Source: Myxococcota bacterium (GTDB lineage Bacteria > Myxococcota_A > UBA9160 > UBA6930). From it: 64,000 nucleotides of DNA. Position numbers and translations under genes: made by a program. Where the stretch lies: positions 32,001 through 96,000 of the forward strand of contig OZ245002.1 of NCBI GenBank assembly GCA_965223415.1, in the 5' to 3' direction. The notes beneath the pieces are model-generated. The model was not told the origin of the DNA and made no database searches. It saw only the letters and a list, made by a program, of their open reading frames with translations. The first letter of the stretch is position 1. Every line of letters starts with the position of its first letter. This document shows, piece by piece, positions 56,504 through 64,000 of this stretch.

Positions 56504-57604
56504 TTAGGCCGCCCCGCCCACCGCATCCTCGATCCCGCAGCGCGGGAACGCCCCGAGGAACGCGTGCTCGTACAGCCCGTACCCGACCTGCCCGCCGGTC
56601 TCGAAGCGCGCCACGTGGTCCACCACGCCGTACTGCCCGGCCGGCGCGATCTCGTCGACGAGCAGGTCCTTCCCCTGCACGACCAGCGGCCCCTGGTACA
56701 TCCCGTGGCGCCAATCCTCGTCCATGCCGTAGCCGGTGCCGACGGCGACGAAGCAGTGGACGAGCGGTGAGCACTGCACCGAGAAGGCGCCGCTCGGGGC
56801 CTCGGGGAAGCTGATCACCGAGTGCTCGAGCATGCGGGTGCCCGGGACGAGCTTGTGCTCGTACTCGGGGCGGCCGAGCCACTCGGCCTCGCGGGCCGGG
56901 TCGGCCCAGACGCGTACGGCCTCCTCCAGGAGCCGCTCGCCCTCGGCGGTTTCGTTCAGGATGTAGAGGAGCGCGTGGTCGTCGAACTGCATGGGGAAGT
57001 AGTTCCACATGCCGGTCATCTGGCCTTCGCCCTGGCGGATGCCCGGCGCCTCGGGCTCGCCAACCGGGCGGATGCCCCAGCTGCGGTCCCGCGTTCCCCA
57101 CCAGCGGTCCGGCGTCACCTGGAAGGTCTCGTCGGCGACCTGGAGGGTGCCGCTCCAGCAGCCGGTCTGGGCAAAGCGGGAGGTGTCGAAGACGACCCGC
57201 CCGTGCCTGCGGATGTACTGGCGGGGCTCCTCCCAGGCCGGGATGGCGCCCTCCCACACCAGGTCGCAGGCGAGAGCGTGGTCGTTCGGCTCGAGCAGGA
57301 AGCGCATCTTGCGCAGCGGCTCGACCACTTCGACGCGAAAGGGCCCGACGCTCGTGTCCATGCGGTCGCCGAGCTCACGGGAGGCGCGCACCACCCGATG
57401 GTGGGTGCCGCGGCGGACCACAGCAAAGGCGTCCTGCACCCCGAGGTTCGGGTACTGGCCCATCCCCATCACCATGAACAGCTCGTCGCTCGAGCCGTGC
57501 AGGTTGAAGTAGTAGCGGTCGTAGAAGTTGCGATCGCTGGTACCGACGTGGCGCACGGGCTCGGCGGTCTGGTGGACGGGGTAGTCGTCCCAGGACGAGA
57601 TCAT
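56504..57604 (-). CDS. conserved hypothetical protein, beta-rich
   Basis: 366 aa with host-like codon usage and SD; DDYPVHQT, NFYDRYYF, YPNLGV, RDRSWGIRPVGE motifs. Confidence 0.8.
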   Translation of the reverse strand: MISSWDDYPVHQTAEPVRHVGTSDRNFYDRYYFNLHGSSDELFMVMGMGQYPNLGVQDAFAVVRRGTHHRVVRASRELGDRMDTSVGPFRVEVVEPLRKMRFLLEPNDHALACDLVWEGAIPAWEEPRQYIRRHGRVVFDTSRFAQTGCWSGTLQVADETFQVTPDRWWGTRDRSWGIRPVGEPEAPGIRQGEGQMTGMWNYFPMQFDDHALLYILNETAEGERLLEEAVRVWADPAREAEWLGRPEYEHKLVPGTRMLEHSVISFPEAPSGAFSVQCSPLVHCFVAVGTGYGMDEDWRHGMYQGPLVVQGKDLLVDEIAPAGQYGVVDHVARFETGGQVGYGLYEHAFLGAFPRCGIEDAVGGAA

Positions 57605-57750
57605 TTGGACCCTCCGCGACCGGATTTGGGGGGGGTCACCCTAGCGCAGAGCGGTTCCCCTCCGGCACCGCGGCAGGCCGGTCCCGGGGCTGGTGCGTTC
57701 CGCCCGCCGGCGGCGCGCGGGATCGCGGGCCCGTTCGGGAGGCTGAGGGC

Positions 57751-58887
57751 TCAGCCCAGCGCCGAGTGGTCCCGGGCCCCCCGCGGCGGGTGGGCCGCGG
57801 GCGGCACGGCGGCGTTGCGCCCGGCGGCCTTGGCGCGCAGGCGGTCCTCGAGCCAATCGAGGAAGGCCTCGCCGTCGCGCACCCGGGTCTCCTGGACGAG
57901 GACATGGAGCTCCGCGGGCCGCGCCCACCGCGGGAGGAGCTTGCCCGCATCCTTCTCGGTGGTGAGCCAGAGGGGCGACTCCTCGGCGAGCCCGGCCAGA
58001 TCCGAGGCTCGGAAGAGGTGGTGGTCGGGAAAGCTGCGCTCGGCGACGACCCGAGCGCCGAGGCCCTCGACCGTCTCGCGGAAGGATGCGGGACGCGCGA
58101 TGCCGCACAGCAGCCCGACGTCGCGTCCTCGGAGCGCCGCGGCAGACGTGGTCTCGCCGCCGCCCAGGGGACGGGTGTGGGTCGCGACGCGCTCGACCTC
58201 GAAGCGCAGCGCCTCCGGCGCGTGCCGGTCCAGGAGTGCCGTGTCCCGCTCCTCGAGGGGACCGTCGACGACGCCGACCGCGTCGGCCCGGCTCAGGCCC
58301 GGGAGTCGCTCGCGCAGGGGGCCGCGGGGCAGGAGACGCCCGTTGCCGAAGCCCGCACTTCCGTGCACGGTGACGAGGTCGACGTCGCGGGCGAGGCGGT
58401 GGTGCTGAAAGCCGTCGTCGAGGACGAGGACGTGGGCGTCGAAGGCCGCGACGGCGCGTTGGCCGACGAGATCCCGTCGCGCGCCGACGAGCACGGGAAC
58501 GCCGGGCGCGAGCGCGGCCAGGAGCAGCGCCTCGTCCCCCACTCCCTCGGCCCGAGCCCGCACGAAGCGCCCGTCGGAGACGACCTGCACGGGCTCCCCG
58601 CCCGCTCCGCCGTAGCCACGGCTCGCCAGCACCGCGCGGTGGCCGCGGGCGCGCAGGGCGGCGGCCACCCAGGCGGCGGTGGGGGTCTTGCCCGCGCCGC
58701 CGGAGACGAGGTTGCCGACGCTCACCACCTTGCAGGCGAGCGTCCGGCGTCGCCGCCAGCCGCGCTCGTAGGCCAGGCGGTGCAGGCGCGCGACCGCACC
58801 GTAGAGCAGGGCTGCGAGGGAGAGCGGTGCCAGCAGCACCCGCCGCCAACCGGCGGGCTCCACCTCGAACCAACCGGGGCGCCTCAC
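57751..58887 (-). CDS. lpxK: tetraacyldisaccharide 4'-kinase
   Basis: SVGNLVSGGAGKTP, SRGYGG, GDEALLL, LDDGFQH, PRGPLRE, TTEKD. Confidence 0.95.
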   Translation of the reverse strand: MRRPGWFEVEPAGWRRVLLAPLSLAALLYGAVARLHRLAYERGWRRRRTLACKVVSVGNLVSGGAGKTPTAAWVAAALRARGHRAVLASRGYGGAGGEPVQVVSDGRFVRARAEGVGDEALLLAALAPGVPVLVGARRDLVGQRAVAAFDAHVLVLDDGFQHHRLARDVDLVTVHGSAGFGNGRLLPRGPLRERLPGLSRADAVGVVDGPLEERDTALLDRHAPEALRFEVERVATHTRPLGGGETTSAAALRGRDVGLLCGIARPASFRETVEGLGARVVAERSFPDHHLFRASDLAGLAEESPLWLTTEKDAGKLLPRWARPAELHVLVQETRVRDGEAFLDWLEDRLRAKAAGRNAAVPPAAHPPRGARDHSALG

Positions 58888-60140
58888 GCCGAGGGTCCGG
58901 CCCGCGCGGCATCGATCAGCGCCAGGCTGCGATCGACCGCGGCGCGATGCGGCTCGAGGGCGCGCAAGCCCGCCGCCACGCCCGCGCGGGCGTCGTCCGA
59001 GAGCGCGGCGAGGAGACCGCCCGCCAGCCCTGCGGCGTCGGACACCTGGATGCCGGCACCGGCGTCCCGGAGGAGCCGCGCGCTCTCCCGGGCGTTGCCG
59101 ACGTGGGGACCGAAGAGGACCGGGCACCCGGCCTGGAGCGGCTCGAGCAGGTTGTGCCCGCCGACGGGCACGAGGGTGCCGCCGACGAAGGCCGCCCGCG
59201 CCAGGCCGTAGAGACCGGCCAGCTCGCCCAGGGTGTCGAGCAGGAGGACGTCGCCGTCCTCCAGTCCGGCTCCGGAGAGGGCGGAGCGGCGGGTCACCCG
59301 CGCCCCGGCGGCGGTCAGCGCCGCCTCGGCCGCGGGCCGCTTCTCGGGGTGCCGCGGCGCCACCACCAGCACCAGCTTCTCGCCGGCGGCCCGGGCGTGC
59401 TCGGTGGCGCGCAACGCCGCCAGCTCCTCGCCGGGATGGGTGCTGCCGGCCACCCAGCAGGGCGTGGCCGAGAGCGCGTCGGCAAGGGTCGGGTCGAGCG
59501 CGGCGGGAGCCGGCGGCGGCGCGAGCTTGAGATCGCCGGTCACCTGCACCCGGTCGGCGGGTGCGCCGAGGGCGACGAAGCGCTCGGCATCCACCTCGCT
59601 GCGGGCTCCGACCGCGGCGAGGCGGCCCAGCGTCGGTGCGAGGAGCCCGCGCAGCTTGCGGTAGCGGGGGAAGCTGCGATCCGAGAGGCGACCGGACACG
59701 ACCACGACCGGAACCGCGAGCCGCGCGGCCGCCGCGATCCAGCTCGGCCAGAGCTCGGTCTCGATCAGCACGAGCATCGACGGCCGGGTGCGCCCCAGGG
59801 CGGCCGCAGTCGCCCACGGATGATCGATCGGCGCCAGCGCGGTCGGCAGGTCCGGACGCATCTGTCGTGCCAGGGCGCGACCGGTGGCGGTGGTGGTCGT
59901 CGCAACCACCGCCTCGCCCCGGGCCTGCAGGGGATCGATGAGGCGCAGCGCGGCCTGCAGCTCCCCGACGCTGGCTCCGTGGATCCAGATCGGCGAGGCG
60001 CTGGGGGCGAGGGGCGAGCGCAGCCCGAGTCGCTCCGACAGGCCGACCCGCCAGCGCGGCTGCAGCGCCGCGCCGAGCAGGCCCAGGGGCAGCCCGACCA
60101 GAGCGACGAGCGCGGCCAGCACCTGCCGGAGCACCGCCAC
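58884..60140 (-). CDS. waaA: Kdo transferase
   Basis: IWIHGASVGE, ETELWP, AGSTHPGE, APRHPE, GGHNLLEP. Confidence 0.95.
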   Translation of the reverse strand: MAVLRQVLAALVALVGLPLGLLGAALQPRWRVGLSERLGLRSPLAPSASPIWIHGASVGELQAALRLIDPLQARGEAVVATTTTATGRALARQMRPDLPTALAPIDHPWATAAALGRTRPSMLVLIETELWPSWIAAAARLAVPVVVVSGRLSDRSFPRYRKLRGLLAPTLGRLAAVGARSEVDAERFVALGAPADRVQVTGDLKLAPPPAPAALDPTLADALSATPCWVAGSTHPGEELAALRATEHARAAGEKLVLVVAPRHPEKRPAAEAALTAAGARVTRRSALSGAGLEDGDVLLLDTLGELAGLYGLARAAFVGGTLVPVGGHNLLEPLQAGCPVLFGPHVGNARESARLLRDAGAGIQVSDAAGLAGGLLAALSDDARAGVAAGLRALEPHRAAVDRSLALIDAARAGPSA

Positions 60141-60142
60141 AG

Positions 60143-61318
60143 TCAGGCCCCGGCGGCTCGGGCCGGCGTGGGCAGCCCCATCATCTCGAGGGCGATGTCG
60201 GCCGTGCGCTCCGCCGCACCGCCGCGCCCGAGGCGCTCGCGAACGCCCGCCAGGGCGGTGAGCTGCGCCTCTCGCGCGGGCCCGGCGATGCGGGCGAGGA
60301 GCGCCTCGGCGATGGCCTCCGGCCGCGCCTCCTCCTGGAGGAACTCCGGCACCACCGTCTCGCCGGCGATCAGGTTCGGCATCGTGAAGGACGGCACCTT
60401 CACGAGCCGGCGCATCAGGAACGCGGTCAGCGGGTGCGCGCGCGCCGCCACCACCACCGGCGTGCCGAGTACCGCGATCTCGACGGTCACGGTACCGGGC
60501 TTGGCCAGGGCGACGTCCGCCGCCCGGATCACCTCGTGGGTGCGGCCCTCGAAGACCCGGAGGTCGACGAGCGAAGGCAGGCCCGCCTCCCGCACACGGG
60601 CGTCGATCGTGTCGCGCGGGATGCTGGGTGCCACACCGACCGCGAAGCCCACCCGCGGGTCCCGGGTGTGCACCGCCTTCACGGCCTCGAGCTGCAACGG
60701 GAGCGTGTCGCGCACCTCGTTGCGCCGGCTCCCGGGGAGCAACGCCACGAGGGGACGATCCGCCGGGAGGTCGAGCTCCGCGCGGCAGGCAGCGCGTCCG
60801 CGGTCCTCCCGGAACGGCTTCAGCCGGTCCACCACCGGATGCCCGACGAAGCTCACGGGCAGCCCGGTTCCGGCGTACACCTCGCGCTCGAAGGGGAAGA
60901 TGACCGCCATCTGATCCACCCGCCTCGCGATCTTGCGGATGCGACCGGTGCGCCAGGCCCAGACCTGCGGGCTCACGTAGTAGAGCACGGGCAGTCCGGC
61001 CTTTTTCGCGCTGCGGGCCAGCGGGATGTTGAAGTCCGGCGCGTCGACCAGCACCACCAGGTCCGGGCCTTCGCGGAGCAGCGCCCGCAGCCTGCGCCAG
61101 GCGCCGAGGATGCGCCCCACGTCGCCCAGCACCTCGACCAGCCCGCCGACCGCGATCTCGTGCTGGTGCACGGCCAGCTCCACGCCGGCCTTCTCCATCG
61201 CGGGCCCGCCGAGGCCGACGAAGCGCGCCCCGGGCAGCCGCTCGCCCAGGGCTTCGACGAGGGCGGCCGCGTGCAGCTCGCCGGAGGCGTCGCCGGCGGA
61301 GAGGAAGACCGTCGTCAA
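60143..61318 (-). CDS. lpxB: lipid-A-disaccharide synthase
   Basis: SAGDASGELH, DAPDFN, YYVSPQVWAWR, FVGHP, LLPGSRRNE; TTGA overlap. Confidence 0.96.
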   Translation of the reverse strand: MTTVFLSAGDASGELHAAALVEALGERLPGARFVGLGGPAMEKAGVELAVHQHEIAVGGLVEVLGDVGRILGAWRRLRALLREGPDLVVLVDAPDFNIPLARSAKKAGLPVLYYVSPQVWAWRTGRIRKIARRVDQMAVIFPFEREVYAGTGLPVSFVGHPVVDRLKPFREDRGRAACRAELDLPADRPLVALLPGSRRNEVRDTLPLQLEAVKAVHTRDPRVGFAVGVAPSIPRDTIDARVREAGLPSLVDLRVFEGRTHEVIRAADVALAKPGTVTVEIAVLGTPVVVAARAHPLTAFLMRRLVKVPSFTMPNLIAGETVVPEFLQEEARPEAIAEALLARIAGPAREAQLTALAGVRERLGRGGAAERTADIALEMMGLPTPARAAGA

Positions 61319-62265
61319 GGCGCCGGTTCCAGGGGAGGGATCGCCTCGATCACCCGCAGCGCCGAGCGCAGGGCCGCCAGGCCCTGGTCCGCAGCGCCGG
61401 CGGCGACCTGCCGCGTGCGGACCGCGTCCCGGAACGCGCGCAGCTGGGCCTCCAGCGCATCGGCCCGGTCGATCGTCACCCGCTGCAGGGAGACCTGGCG
61501 CTTGCCCTCGGCGTCCGGCGCCTCCCGCTCGGCCAGCACCAGCTCGTGCTCGAGGAGATCGATGGAGAGGTAGCCGTCGGCCTGGAAGAAGCGGATCTTG
61601 CGCATCGGCTGGGGCGAGACCCGGCTGGCCGTGACGTTGGCGACGCAGCCGCTCGGGAACGTGAGCCGAGCGTTCGCGATGTCGACCCGTTCGGTGATCA
61701 CCGGGACACCGATCGCCTCGATGCGCGCCGGCTCGGCGCCAACCACGCGCTGGATCAGGTCCAGGTCGTGGATCATCAGGTCGCGCACCACGTCCACGTC
61801 CGTCGCCCGGTCCGGGAAGGGCCCCAGGCGGTGGGACTCGACGAAGAGGGGGCGCCGGATGCGCTCCGCGGCCTTCTGCATGGCCGCGTTGAACCACTCG
61901 AGGTGGCCCACCTGGACGACCCGGCCGCACTCCCGCGCCTGGGCCAGGAGCTTCTCCGCCTCGGCCAGGGTCGCGGCGATAGGCTTCTCGACCAGTACGT
62001 CGAGCCCCCGCTCGAGGGCCTCGGCCACCACGGACGCGTGATGGATCGTCGGAACCGCGACGACCACGGCGTCGAGGCCTCCGGTGACTTCGGAGAGGGC
62101 CGAGGCCGCGGCCACACCGAGCTCCGCCGCCACGCTCTCGCGCCGCTCCGGATCGATCTCGACGACGGCGACCAGCTCGATGCCCTCGCCGGCGAGCGCC
62201 CTCGCCTTCTGGGCGTGGAAGCGCCCCATGTGGCCCGCACCGACGACCGCCAGACGCACGCTCAC
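61315..62265 (-). CDS. Gfo/Idh/MocA oxidoreductase, GnnA-like (UDP-GlcNAc 3-dehydrogenase)
   Basis: VGAGHMG, VEKP, DVDVVRDLMIHDLD, ANVTASRVS; lies between lpxI and lpxB. Confidence 0.8.
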   Translation of the reverse strand: MSVRLAVVGAGHMGRFHAQKARALAGEGIELVAVVEIDPERRESVAAELGVAAASALSEVTGGLDAVVVAVPTIHHASVVAEALERGLDVLVEKPIAATLAEAEKLLAQARECGRVVQVGHLEWFNAAMQKAAERIRRPLFVESHRLGPFPDRATDVDVVRDLMIHDLDLIQRVVGAEPARIEAIGVPVITERVDIANARLTFPSGCVANVTASRVSPQPMRKIRFFQADGYLSIDLLEHELVLAEREAPDAEGKRQVSLQRVTIDRADALEAQLRAFRDAVRTRQVAAGAADQGLAALRSALRVIEAIPPLEPAP

Positions 62266-63104
62266 GACGGTGTCACCGGCGGAAGCGCTCCGTCCACCAC
62301 GGCCACGACCGCGATGCCGTGCCGATCCGCCTCGGACACGAGCCGCTCCCGGTCGAGGACGACGGTCTTGCCCGCCTCGACGGCGAGGGCGAGGGCGCCT
62401 CCCTCTGCCATCGCGCGGATGGTGGCGGGGCCCACGGCAGGCACGTCGAAGCGCATGTCCTGGCTCGGCTTCGCGACCTTCACGACCGTCGCACCCGCCT
62501 CGCCGAGGGCGCAGCCGCGGCGCACGGCCTCGTCGGTGCCCTCGACGGCTTCCAGGGCCAGCACGGCACGTCCTCGCACCACGACCGTCTGCCCCACATC
62601 GAGACCGCCGATCGCCTTGGCGATGGGCCAGCCGAAGGCGATGTCGGCTCGCTGCTCCTCGGCGGGCGCGACGGCGCCCAGGGTGCCCTCCTCGGCGAAC
62701 AGGCCCGGCGCGAGCTCCGCCTGGCCGAGCAGCGTGAAGCCCTCCTCCTCGAGCAGGTCCGCGAAGGCGCCGAGCAGGGAGTCGTCCTTGCGGTCGGCGA
62801 GGCCCGCCAGCGCGCCGAGGGCCCGGGCGTCCAGCTTCACGAGCTCCGGGTGCTCCCAGAGGAAGGTCTTCGGCACCTTGCCCGCCATCACGCACTGGCG
62901 CGCGCCCGCTTCTCGGAAACGGGCGAGCATCGGCTCCACCTCCCCTACGTGGACCCAGGCGAAGCGCTCCACCTCCTCCGCCAGGGACGCCTCGGTCAGG
63001 CCCCGCAGGCCGACGGCCACCACCCGTCGGCCGCCCGCCCGAGCGGCGCGGGCTACCTCGATCGGAAAGCGACCGAGGCCGGCAATGAGGCCGAGGGCCT
63101 CCAC
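62262..63104 (-). CDS. lpxI: UDP-2,3-diacylglucosamine diphosphatase LpxI
   Basis: LGLIAG.G.FP, LDVGQTVVV, EAVEGTD, KPSQDMRFDVPAVG. Confidence 0.93.
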   Translation of the reverse strand: MEALGLIAGLGRFPIEVARAARAGGRRVVAVGLRGLTEASLAEEVERFAWVHVGEVEPMLARFREAGARQCVMAGKVPKTFLWEHPELVKLDARALGALAGLADRKDDSLLGAFADLLEEEGFTLLGQAELAPGLFAEEGTLGAVAPAEEQRADIAFGWPIAKAIGGLDVGQTVVVRGRAVLALEAVEGTDEAVRRGCALGEAGATVVKVAKPSQDMRFDVPAVGPATIRAMAEGGALALAVEAGKTVVLDRERLVSEADRHGIAVVAVVDGALPPVTPS

Positions 63105-63111
63105 CGCGGCG

Positions 63112-63888
63112 CTAACGCGAGACCCCGCGCGCGGAGGTCTCCACGAACGCCACCAGCCGCCCGACCTCGTCGCTGTCGAGACCCTCCTCGCGAACCTGGG
63201 CGAGCGCCACCTCGAGGCGGAGCTTCGAGCCGAACAGCAGGTGGAAGGCGCGCTTGATCTGGCTGCGCACCTCGGACGAGAAGCCCCGACGCTTGAGGCC
63301 GATCAGGTTCACGCCCCGGGTGGTGGCCCGCTCGCCGGCCACGATCGAGAACGGCGGCGCGTCCTTCGTCACGCCCGCCAACGCCGCCACCATCGCCGAT
63401 TCGCCCACCCGCGCGAATTGGTGCACGCCCGACAGCCCGCCGATCACCGCGTGGTCGCCCATCTCCACGTGGCCGGCGATGGCACAGTGGGTCGCGATGA
63501 TGCAGTGGGAGCCGATCTGCGCGTCGTGGCCGATGTGCACGCCGTTCATGATCAGGTTGTCGTCGCCGAGCCGCGTCGAGCCGCCGCCCTTCGCCGTGCC
63601 GACGTGGATGCTGGCGTGCTCCCGGATCACGTTGTCGGCGCCGATCACGAGCTCCGCCGACTCGCCGGAGAAGCTCTTGTCCTGGGGCTCCTCGCCGACG
63701 ACGGCGAAGGAGAAGATGCGCGAGCCCTCACCGATCCGGGTCCGCCCCCAGACGTGGGCGTGGGGCCGCAGCTCGACCCGCGGGCCCAGCTCGACCTCGG
63801 GCCCGACGGTGGCGTAGGCGCCGACGACGGCGTCGTCGGCGAGCTTCGCGCCCGGATCGACGACCGCTGTGGGATGGACCTGGGGCAC
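63112..63888 (-). CDS. lpxA: UDP-N-acetylglucosamine acyltransferase
   Basis: VHPTAVV, hexapeptide repeats, PQDK, HIGHD, VHQF, KDAPPF. Confidence 0.96.
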   Translation of the reverse strand: MPQVHPTAVVDPGAKLADDAVVGAYATVGPEVELGPRVELRPHAHVWGRTRIGEGSRIFSFAVVGEEPQDKSFSGESAELVIGADNVIREHASIHVGTAKGGGSTRLGDDNLIMNGVHIGHDAQIGSHCIIATHCAIAGHVEMGDHAVIGGLSGVHQFARVGESAMVAALAGVTKDAPPFSIVAGERATTRGVNLIGLKRRGFSSEVRSQIKRAFHLLFGSKLRLEVALAQVREEGLDSDEVGRLVAFVETSARGVSR

Positions 63889-63895
63889 GCCGGCG

Positions 63896-64000
63896 TCAGC
63901 TCTGCTTGTTGAAGCGGCCGACGACCATGTCGGTGATGTCGAGGGCCTCGCGGCTGTAGACCAGCCCCGGCGCGTCGCGCTGGAGGATCATCGTGAAGCC
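63896..64000 (-). CDS. OmpH/Skp chaperone, C-terminal fragment (runs off the window end)
   Basis: GFTMILQRDAPGLVYSREALDITDMVVGRFNKQS*; DIT motif; lies upstream of lpxA. Confidence 0.7.
   Translation of the reverse strand, partial: GFTMILQRDAPGLVYSREALDITDMVVGRFNKQS

Noticed and set aside
63360..63425. LpxA hydrocarbon-ruler residue (Ala at the E. coli G173-equivalent position) as a predictor of acyl chain length
   Set aside because: A by-eye alignment of one residue is too weak to support a chain-length claim.

Overview
High-GC bacterial chromosome window. Gene content and 16S sequence suggest a deltaproteobacterial/Myxococcota-like lineage (inference, not classified). It opens with the 5' half of an rRNA operon on the minus strand (16S, tRNA-Ile, tRNA-Ala, start of 23S). 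Housekeeping genes follow: zapB-zapA-5-FCL-tyrS, gltBD, ftsY-glpK-GDPD, smc, a heterodimeric ABC exporter, purM, yicC-remA-gmk-rel. The right half is a large LPS/lipid A region (msbA, GT2/GT4/GT9 transferases, heptose kinase, lptF, kdkA, lpxK, waaA, lpxB, gnnA-like, lpxI, lpxA, end of skp). Main signals not in the ORF track or not explained by standard annotation: (1) a BCP/PrxQ peroxiredoxin whose peroxidatic Cys codon is an in-frame TGA followed by a SECIS-like hairpin; (2) a two-gene lipoprotein + fibre/adhesin-like module that appears to be transcribed leaderless; (3) a TetR-controlled monooxygenase/extradiol dioxygenase/deacetylase-fold/CMD operon inside the LPS region; (4) a decayed HUH (RAYT-like) transposase between ~55-bp imperfect inverted repeats; (5) three 9-14 aa micro-ORFs that each overlap the upstream stop and the downstream start of an operon gap; (6) no 6S RNA, rny or ymdB at their usual zapA-5-FCL-tyrS locus. 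All calls are by eye with no database searches. Start codons were re-chosen by hand where the ORF track overshoots.
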